The position numbers were made by a program, and so were the translations under genes. A stretch of DNA of 64,000 bases. It comes from Flavobacteriaceae bacterium (GTDB lineage Bacteria > Bacteroidota > Bacteroidia > Flavobacteriales > Flavobacteriaceae). Shown in pieces: positions 19,879 through 26,414 of this stretch. Position 1 is the first letter of the stretch. Each line of letters opens with the position of its first letter. Where the stretch lies: positions 554-64,553 of the forward strand of contig JBDNFD010000106.1 of the NCBI GenBank assembly GCA_041689995.1. Reading direction: 5' to 3'. Under the pieces are notes generated by a model, which saw only the letters and a list, made by a program, of their open reading frames with translations, was not told the DNA's origin and made no database searches.

Positions 19879-21594
19879 TTAATTGATAATTAATTTTTTC
19901 GTGGCGGAATTTCCATCTTGGCTCACTTTCATCAAGTAAACACCTGATTGCAAAGTTGAAAGGTTTAGGCTGTTGTTCACAATCTCCGCGGAAATTACTT
20001 GTTTCCCCAAAAGATTGTAAATTTCAACTTGCACCGAACCACTAAGTGCTGTTTCAATGGTCACAAAACCATTGGTGACAGGGTTTGGATAAATAGAGAA
20101 ACTGTCCATAAAATTTCTGTTTATGGCTAGTTCATCCATATCGGCAGCATTGCGAGCGGTCAAATAATATTCTGCGATATGATCGCCATCTGCATCATCG
20201 CGTGTGATGATTCCAGTGATATTTAAAGCATTTGAAGGCAAATCCTGATCGATGTAATTGGCATCGTAAAACGAAGTTCTGAATTCAGAAGAACCATTAT
20301 CGGTCGCAAGGTTATAAACTGTTCCCACCATCCAAGTAGTGATGCTCCCGTCGTTGGAAGTAACCGTTGCATCTAAAACTTTCACCAATTCTGCGTCATA
20401 ATCTGCAGGATTATTGTTCAATTGTGTCAATGTGATCACTTGTGGCGTCAAGGTGTTTCCAGTGGAAGTTGGCGCACCGGCATCACTTTCGGGAACAAAT
20501 TGTTTGACCCCGTCAAATTCTGCCAATTCACCAGTAATGTTTGTAATTCCATCACCGATATTATAAGCGGTTGCAAGATTTCCGGCTGAATCGTCTATAA
20601 GAATTCCGGCAGTTGCATCTTCAATATATTTCTGATTTCTGAACGTTTGTTTATATGTCAAAAGCGCTTCTCCAGTAAGCATATAGGTATCGCCCACCGT
20701 TCCCGCTTTTAAGGCCGCAATGGTGGAAACTTGGTTGGCGGGGTCACAAGATGGCGCCGTGATATCGTTCACAATAGCACATAATGTACTTGTGATGGTA
20801 TAAGTAATATCAACGCCTTCGTCAATTCCGGAAATTGTAATAAAACCACTTGCAGCACTGTTTGGGTCATCGCCTCCGATAGTTCCGTCTGTGGTGGCGA
20901 TCGTGTACGTTTCGGTTCCACCGCCATTAAATCCGAGGGTAACCGTGTACGTGTCGGTTCCGCTTGTGTTGGCATCACAAGTAACTTGATCCACATATAC
21001 ATTTAAAGGACATGTGGTTCCACAATCGATATTCGTCAAATTTGGAGTGGGAATGCCCACGCAATAAGTTCCGTCACCAGCATTCTGAATGGATTCGACA
21101 TCTTTCAGCCCGTTCATATTTTCATCATATTGAATGGTTTCGCCCAAAGCCGCGAGCAGATCCACATCGTCGTCATCGGAAGTACCATAGACTAGCGCAT
21201 CAATTAAATTTGCTGAAGTGGCGGGAGTGCCTGACGGAAAATCGGCTCCATTGGCTTGATAAATGGCCACGGCATCGGCACCGTTTTGCAGTCCGTTATC
21301 GGCACCTAATGAAATATCCATTCCTGGGAAACCGTCGTTCGCCAATAAAAGAAAACCATTGGCATCGGTTGTAAAACCATCGAGATCGTAGGAAGCATAG
21401 CTTTGATCGTTGCTACCATTGAAAAGCACCACCACATATCCGTCTAGGGAAGTGTTTGGCGAAGGGGTTTTTAGCTCGATAAATTCACCCGTATCGGTGC
21501 TGGTTTGGTCGGCATCGATTTCATTGATGATAACCTGCGCGAAAGAAAAAGTACTAACCAAGCAGGCCAGTAATAGAAAAGTAATTTTTTTCAT
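19879..21594 (-). CDS. secreted lamin-tail-domain (LTD) protein with T9SS type A sorting domain
   Basis: 571 aa with a signal peptide. LTD-like segment VIINEIDADQTSTDTGEFIELK...VVLFNGSND. The C-terminus (FSIYPNPVTNGFVTIE...GVYLMKV...KKLIIN) is a T9SS CTD. Confidence 0.75.
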   Translation of the reverse strand: MKKITFLLLACLVSTFSFAQVIINEIDADQTSTDTGEFIELKTPSPNTSLDGYVVVLFNGSNDQSYASYDLDGFTTDANGFLLLANDGFPGMDISLGADNGLQNGADAVAIYQANGADFPSGTPATSANLIDALVYGTSDDDDVDLLAALGETIQYDENMNGLKDVESIQNAGDGTYCVGIPTPNLTNIDCGTTCPLNVYVDQVTCDANTSGTDTYTVTLGFNGGGTETYTIATTDGTIGGDDPNSAASGFITISGIDEGVDITYTITSTLCAIVNDITAPSCDPANQVSTIAALKAGTVGDTYMLTGEALLTYKQTFRNQKYIEDATAGILIDDSAGNLATAYNIGDGITNITGELAEFDGVKQFVPESDAGAPTSTGNTLTPQVITLTQLNNNPADYDAELVKVLDATVTSNDGSITTWMVGTVYNLATDNGSSEFRTSFYDANYIDQDLPSNALNITGIITRDDADGDHIAEYYLTARNAADMDELAINRNFMDSFSIYPNPVTNGFVTIETALSGSVQVEIYNLLGKQVISAEIVNNSLNLSTLQSGVYLMKVSQDGNSATKKLIIN

Positions 21595-21595
21595 C

Positions 21596-21655
21596 GGAAA
21601 AGATTTAGATTAAGTTACAAATATAAAAAAATAAGCTTTAAAATTGATAAGATTT
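21596..21655. repeat. 60-nt promoter/5'UTR segment of the LTD gene, copy A of a direct repeat
   Basis: Contains TATATTTG on the minus strand (21618-21625). The first 30 nt differ at 1 position from 26219-26248. Confidence 0.7.
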
Positions 21656-22375
21656 CCTGTTGATCCCAATCTGTTTATTCACAATTTAGAAGTTATGGAT
21701 GTTTTTCAGGAAAGACAGCTGAAAAGTTTTATTCAATTTTTCAACAACCCATTATAAATCCGGGTATTCGTACCTCAAAATAGTGTCTATTTCCATTTTT
21801 CTAAATGAAGCGATTTTTTATTGCGCAAGCATTTCGAAAGCAAATAAATACGTGTGAAAAGAATCTGTTGTGGCCAAGTTCCTTCGTGTTTTATATGTGT
21901 CTTCTCCGTAAAAAAATGATCTTTAAGAAGGAAATATGAAGTAATGTGAATGAAAACACGAACCAAACTAGCGGAGAATAGTCGCGAAAACAAAAAATAT
22001 TTTGGAAGAAAAGACGTAATAATTGACTATTTTAATGATCTTTAAAATTCGGGATATGGATTCTTTTAATTTAATTCACGGAGTAATTAGCTGCAAAATT
22101 CAGTAAGTTGGCCAATGGTTTGTTAATAAAAGTTACATTTGAAGAACGGAACACCAAAAAATGAAGCGAGAAAATATGCCCAATATTAAAGGAATGTTAC
22201 ATAGAAATGGAATATATGCGAATGTTTTTGGGGTGGGTTTCTTTTATACTGATGTTGCAAGCCATGTGAAAAAAAATATATTGGAAATGAAAACCACGAT
22301 TTTGTTTTGATCAGAAAACCGGAATTCCAATAAAAATCAGAACGGAACGAAACCCTGTTGCGGATAAACTAAAAA

Positions 22376-22745
22376 AACTTCCAATCAGCACAAAATGCCA
22401 CACAAGTGTTTCGCGGGATTTTTAACAACAAAGCGCAAGCAACAACGGGAAAATCCCGCTTGTTTGCGAAATCGGTGAATAAAAGCGAACATTGGTGATT
22501 TTTTGCGAAAGGCTCGAAAGAAAAAAGGAGAGGAATAGCAGAGCGTAATCAGGGCAAAAAAAACACGGCTTGCAACATCGGCTGATACGAAAGCGGGCAA
22601 AAGTTTTAACCCGGAAAGTAGTATATTTAACCAAACTTTCGGTTGTGGCGGAACGGTATTTTTTTCAAAACCTTGTTTGCGCATAGCCGCGAGCGTTAGG
22701 CATAAGGCAAAAAAAATCCGTTTACAATTTAAAATCTCGCTTAAT
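22376..22745. ncRNA. ORF-free, GC-richer, hairpin-dense segment (candidate structured RNA or decayed DNA)
   Basis: No credible ORF in any frame. A perfect 10-bp stem pairs 22413-22422 with 22450-22459. Repeated GCGAAA/TCGAAAG/ACGAAAG/CGGAAAG tetraloop-like strings. Confidence 0.2.
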
Positions 22746-22761
22746 TTCGTAAATTTAGGAA

Positions 22762-23225
22762 ATGAAAAAACAGCGGATTTATTTGGACACTTCAATTTTC
22801 GGCGGATTGCACGACGAAGAGTTTAAGGATTACACAGAACCTTTATTTGAGCGGATTAAAAATCTGAATTTGAAATAATTTACTCAAATGTTACGGAACA
22901 GGAATTGGAAAATGCGCCTGACCGAATAAGGGCGACAGTTGACTTGCTTCCAAAAAATTCGACTGAATATGTGAAATCGGATATCGAATCAGCCAATTTG
23001 GCCAAAAGATATATTGACGAAGGAGTTGTTGGTCCGACGTCATATGCGGATGGTTTACACATCGCTTTAGCAACGATACATAATGCCAACATTTTAATAA
23101 GCTGGAATTTTAAACATATCGTAAACGTGGTAAGAATTGTAGGATATAATTCCGTAAATATTTCGGAAGGCTATAAACCAATAGATATTCGTTCACCAAG
23201 AGAATTAATGAATTATGAAGACTAA
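22762..23225 (+). pseudogene. PIN-domain (VapC-like) toxin gene with a -1 frameshift in an A-run
   Basis: Frame A: MKKQRIYLDTSIFGGLHDEEFKDYTEPLFERIKNLNLK* (stop at 22876-22878). Frame B continues EFEIIYSNVTEQELENAPDR...DGLHIALATIHNANILISWNFKHIVN...RSPRELMNYED*. Changing A5 (22858-22862) to A6 restores a single ORF. Confidence 0.7.
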
Positions 23226-23379
23226 AGAAAAAAATACAAAAAAAACCTTTGATGCCGTAAAATTTATGCGCGAACAAAGAGACAGAATTTCAAAAGACAT
23301 AATGAATTTAAGTCCAGAGGGAATTGTCAAATATTTTGAACAGAACCAAAACAAAAAACGGATAAAGCCCAGTGCCTAA
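23215..23379 (+). CDS. 54-aa basic protein overlapping the PIN stop (possible cognate partner)
   Basis: Own translation: MKTKEKNTKKTFDAVKFMREQRDRISKDIMNLSPEGIVKYFEQNQNKKRIKPSA*. The ATG lies inside the PIN gene's last codons. Too short for the ORF track. Confidence 0.45.
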   Translation: MKTKEKNTKKTFDAVKFMREQRDRISKDIMNLSPEGIVKYFEQNQNKKRIKPSA

Positions 23380-23410
23380 CACCGTGTATAAGCCATTGCT
23401 GGGTCTGTGC

Positions 23411-23626
23411 CTATCTGGAATCCCGATAGCTATCGGGACTGTAATTTTGGTCGTAAGGAACCCGTGATTTTGCTATTGCAAAGACTTGTTTTAAAAGTTT
23501 ATTACAGACTGCTATGAAAACCAATTTCTTGCTCTTGCCCTTCGCAACAATTCGATCATAAAGTGCCTCACAAGCTTTGTTATATTTACAGGCATTAAAA
23601 CTGCACATAAATAATAAATCCCTCAA
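23411..23626 (-). mobile_element. IS110-family transposase gene, 3'-terminal fragment only (copy 1)
   Basis: NACKYNKACEALYDRIVAKGKSKKLVFIAVCNKLLKQVFAIAKSRVPYDQNY resembles the C-terminus of IS110-family transposases. No catalytic N-terminal part is present. Confidence 0.65.
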
Positions 23627-23850
23627 CTTTTGATTGCCTATTTTGCTTACTTTCCACTACTTAAAAACGAGGTTTAAAAGCTCGAACATATTTGCGAACA
23701 CCACCAAATTTTCAAATTTCGCTCAATGGAAAATTTAAGAGGTGTCCAAAATTTAAAAAAATTTGGCTCTTACAAATTCAGAAAATCCGTACCCTTTTTG
23801 CCCGCAACGTTCCATACACGAAACCTTGGCAGTAATAAAAAACAACCTAC

Positions 23851-23875
23851 AAAGTTCGGTACACGTCCGAACTTT
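23851..23875. promoter_or_regulatory. inverted repeat, candidate HigA operator
   Basis: AAAGTTCGG-7nt-CCGAACTTT, a perfect 9-bp inverted repeat ending 5 nt before the -7 box. Confidence 0.4.
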
Positions 23876-23879
23876 CTTG

Positions 23880-23887
23880 TATATTTG
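23880..23887 (+). promoter_or_regulatory. -7 box TATATTTG upstream of higB
   Basis: Perfect TAnnTTTG match, 9 nt before the higB ATG. Confidence 0.4.
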
Positions 23888-23896
23888 CAACCGCAG

Positions 23897-24235
23897 ATGA
23901 GACTGACCAATAAGAAAATATTGGAAAAACTAAAAAGAAAGAGCAGAGGAAATATTCCTTTGACAAAAGCTATTGACCAGCTAATTAAGGATATCGACGA
24001 GAATAGTTGGAAAAATCAAAATGAACTGAATAAAACAAGAAAAGATGCAGACAATGTTCATATTGATGGATTTTACTTTTTCAACATCAATATCCACAGA
24101 ACAATGATTTTGATTGAGTTTGAAGATAATGAAGCTATGGTTGTTTGGGCAGGAACGCATCAAGAATATGAAACGACTTTTAAGAATAATAGAAACACTA
24201 TTAAAAAGTGGTTAAAGTCTAATGATTGGATTTAA
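23897..24235 (+). CDS. higB: HigB-family (RelE-fold) mRNA interferase toxin
   Basis: 112 aa from MRLTNKKILEKL. The WAGTHQEYE segment matches the GTHxEYD signature of the HigB_toxin family. The ORF opens at 23726, but that part contains the promoter. Confidence 0.7.
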   Translation: MRLTNKKILEKLKRKSRGNIPLTKAIDQLIKDIDENSWKNQNELNKTRKDADNVHIDGFYFFNINIHRTMILIEFEDNEAMVVWAGTHQEYETTFKNNRNTIKKWLKSNDWI

Positions 24236-24246
24236 AAAATAAGATT

Positions 24247-24807
24247 ATGAAAACACAATTTGACATATCAGAACTAATTGAAATTGGGAAAATCGAAAAT
24301 GAATTGGATTTTGAAAGAGCATTGATTGCCGACAGAAAATTACGTGTTCTTTCAAAGGAAAGTACGAAATTTAAATCCGTTAGAAAAAAATTAAGAGATT
24401 TAATTGAGCAGTACGAAAATCAAAATTGGAGTACCGAATCTAACATATCTGATAAAAAACTACGTGAAAGTGATCTTGCAGAATTGATAGCCGAAAAGGA
24501 ACGGTTATTTATCCAGCGAAGGAAAGAATTAATCGGAAAAAAATTAAAGAACTTCAATCTTACACAGCAAGATTTTGGAAAAATTTTAGGACACCAAAGT
24601 AAGTCCTATATGTCTGAACTAATAAATGGGGTAAGTCCTTTTTCCTTAAAAGATTTAATCGTTATCAATCGACTTTTAAAAATTAATTTATCTGATTTAG
24701 TACCCACTTTTTTACCACAATCCGATAGAATAAAAATTAGAACAACAATTAAAAAATTGGACAATCCAAAACTGAAATTAAGCAAAGAAGATTTGACGAT
24801 TGCATAA
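24247..24807 (+). CDS. higA: HigA-like XRE-family HTH antitoxin with extended N-terminal domain
   Basis: C-terminal HTH: LTQQDFGKILGHQSKSYMSELINGVSPFSLKDLIVINRLL. Immediately follows higB. An alternative ATG at 24226 overlaps the higB end. Confidence 0.65.
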   Translation: MKTQFDISELIEIGKIENELDFERALIADRKLRVLSKESTKFKSVRKKLRDLIEQYENQNWSTESNISDKKLRESDLAELIAEKERLFIQRRKELIGKKLKNFNLTQQDFGKILGHQSKSYMSELINGVSPFSLKDLIVINRLLKINLSDLVPTFLPQSDRIKIRTTIKKLDNPKLKLSKEDLTIA

Positions 24808-24877
24808 ATTACTACTACCAACAAAGAACTGTGGTAAAAAACAAGTAAAATTGCATTAATTTACCGATAAGGTACTC

Positions 24878-25038
24878 CTGTAATTTTGGTCGTAAGGAAC
24901 CCGTGATTTTGCTATTGCAAAGGCTTGTTTTAAAAGTTTATTACAGACTGCTATTAAAGCCAATTTCTTGCTCTTGCCCTTCGCAACAATTCGATCATAA
25001 AGTGCCTTACAAGCTTGGTTATATTTACAGGCATTAAA
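24878..25038 (-). mobile_element. IS110-family transposase gene, 3'-terminal fragment (copy 2)
   Basis: 161 bp with 5 mismatches to 23439-23599 by hand alignment. Same orientation and same truncation point. Confidence 0.65.
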
Positions 25039-25042
25039 CCGA

Positions 25043-25222
25043 ATAATATCAATTGCGAAACGAGCGAACGCCTACGAAGCGAATGAAATTGAGGAAATCG
25101 AACTTTACGGACCGATTTTGAAAAACCCGATAAAGTCATCGGATTTTAAAAAGCTTGGATACGATGAATATTTAATCGTTGTACAACCCGGGTTCCATAA
25201 AAACCGACTCAATATAAGATGA
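25043..25222 (+). pseudogene. 3' remnant of an unidentified gene truncated by IS110 fragment copy 2
   Basis: Open frame with no start codon: ...SIAKRANAYEANEIEEIELYGPILKNPIKSSDFKKLGYDEYLIVVQPGFHKNRLNIR*. Its stop overlaps the GNAT start as ATGA. Confidence 0.35.
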
Positions 25223-25722
25223 ATTTAAAGTTTAGACCAATAGGAAAAGAAGATAAAAACAAGGTCTTGAGCCTATTCAAAGATGCTGCTAAAAAAATAA
25301 GTAAGATGAATGTTGACCATTGGCAGTATTGGAAAAAACCCCCGGAAGAAAAAATAAAATGGGTGGAAGAAGGAATTCAAAACAAGGAGTTCTTTTTTAT
25401 CGATAAACAAGACGGAGAAAATATAGGGATGGTAAGAATTCTAAATCAAGACTTGCTTTACTGGGGAGAACAAAACGAACCGGCAAAATATGTACATTCT
25501 CTGGTTGTCAAAGAAGAATATAACGGAATGGGGTTTGGAACTCAAATACTCCACGAAATAGAAAAAAGCACAAAAAAAGATAATTGCAGCTATCTAAGAC
25601 TTGATGCCGATTCTAAAAACCCAAAACTTTGTAATTACTATGAAAGGCTTGGTTTCGAAAAAGTTGGAATCAAAGAATTACCTCTTTCTGATTATAATCT
25701 TTACGAAAAGAAAATAGTATAA
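25219..25722 (+). CDS. GNAT family N-acetyltransferase
   Basis: 167 aa. The acetyl-CoA binding segment (VVKEEYNGMGFGTQILHEIE) and C-terminal YERLGFEK are typical of GNATs. Confidence 0.8.
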   Translation: MNLKFRPIGKEDKNKVLSLFKDAAKKISKMNVDHWQYWKKPPEEKIKWVEEGIQNKEFFFIDKQDGENIGMVRILNQDLLYWGEQNEPAKYVHSLVVKEEYNGMGFGTQILHEIEKSTKKDNCSYLRLDADSKNPKLCNYYERLGFEKVGIKELPLSDYNLYEKKIV

Positions 25723-25843
25723 AAACCAAGGCCACAACAGTTACAGTTGCACACCCCAAAAATTCCCTAAATACCTTTTCTTAACTTGCGGGCATTAATT
25801 TATCTTTACTTTTGGCGCAAGAAACCATAGCAATTGTTTCATA

Positions 25844-25948
25844 ATGAAAAACAAGGACATACGGATTTTATTGGTGGATGATGAACCGGATATTTTGGAA
25901 ATAGTGGGTTATAATTTGTCGGCAGCAGGTTATTCCATTTTTACCGCA
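25844..25948 (+). pseudogene. 5' fragment of an OmpR/PhoB-type response regulator gene (partial copy of 30484-30588)
   Basis: MKNKDIRILLVDDEPDILEIVGYNLSAAGYSIFTA, after which similarity ends. The 71 nt upstream differ at 3 positions from 30413-30483. Confidence 0.7.
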
Positions 25949-26218
25949 AATAAAATTAGTACAGAAAAATTGTCTCCTCGTCTTATAATGATTCAAAACT
26001 TTTTGCTCAATCTGACCTAGATAATACCATTTCATATTTTGTAACTTCTGACGTTCGTTCAAAAAACACTTTAACTTTATTGAAAAATGGCATTACCCCG
26101 AAATTCGAAACTATTAGTATCGATATTCCATTTTCAGAAACATTTGGTATTCTGGATTTATAAAAATGCGTTATACAACCGTTGCGAACCACACGAAAGG
26201 ATTCGTGCGGCAACGAGG

Positions 26219-26277
26219 GGAAAAGATTTAAATTAAGTTACAAATATAGGAATTAAGTTTTAAAATTAAGAAAGTTT
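26219..26277. repeat. orphan copy B of the LTD-gene promoter segment
   Basis: GGAAAAGATTTAAATTAAGTTACAAATATA... versus 21596-21655. Carries TATATTTG on the minus strand (26241-26248) but no start codon follows. Confidence 0.7.
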
Positions 26278-26330
26278 ATTTTGTTCAAATCTTGTTTAAC
26301 AATGATTTAATAGTTGAGAAATAAGGTCAG

Positions 26331-26356
26331 AAAAAACCCCTTTTGCAAGGGGTTTG
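26331..26356 (-). terminator. intrinsic terminator after the lipoprotein/TBDR operon
   Basis: CCCCTT-TTGC-AAGGGG hairpin with A/T extensions. T6 follows on the minus strand. Confidence 0.7.
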
Positions 26357-26414
26357 GCTAAATTCAAAAACAAAGCTTACCGGAATATTTGGTGTAAGCC
26401 TGAAAATGATTCCG

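Noticed and set aside
21787-21993. 68-aa minus-strand ORF and several 20-50-codon plus-strand ORFs in the 21.66-22.38 kb spacer
   Set aside because: None resembles a family I recognise, none has a convincing promoter-plus-start arrangement, and the region looks like eroded DNA. They are left unannotated.
22385-22795. 136-aa minus-strand ORF spanning the structured-looking segment and the PIN gene start
   Set aside because: Implausible composition (Cys/Phe/Arg/Lys-rich, no recognisable domain). It overlaps the PIN start and promoter region, and it exists mainly because the GC-richer stretch lacks minus-strand stops.
23726-23896. 57-codon N-terminal extension of the higB ORF
   Set aside because: The extension contains the inverted-repeat operator and the TATATTTG box. 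HigB-family proteins are about 100-115 aa, and MRLTNKK... at 23897 fits that length.
26007-26213. 68-aa minus-strand ORF downstream of the orphan promoter copy
   Set aside because: No family resemblance. Its start lies inside the 26181-26214 hairpin, and the sequence looks like random translation of AT-rich DNA. It is treated as non-coding.
21596-26277. The island as an active prophage, ICE or integron
   Set aside because: There is no integrase, recombinase, conjugation, capsid or attC-like content. The only transposase sequences are two ~50-codon 3' fragments. Several genes are frameshifted or truncated.
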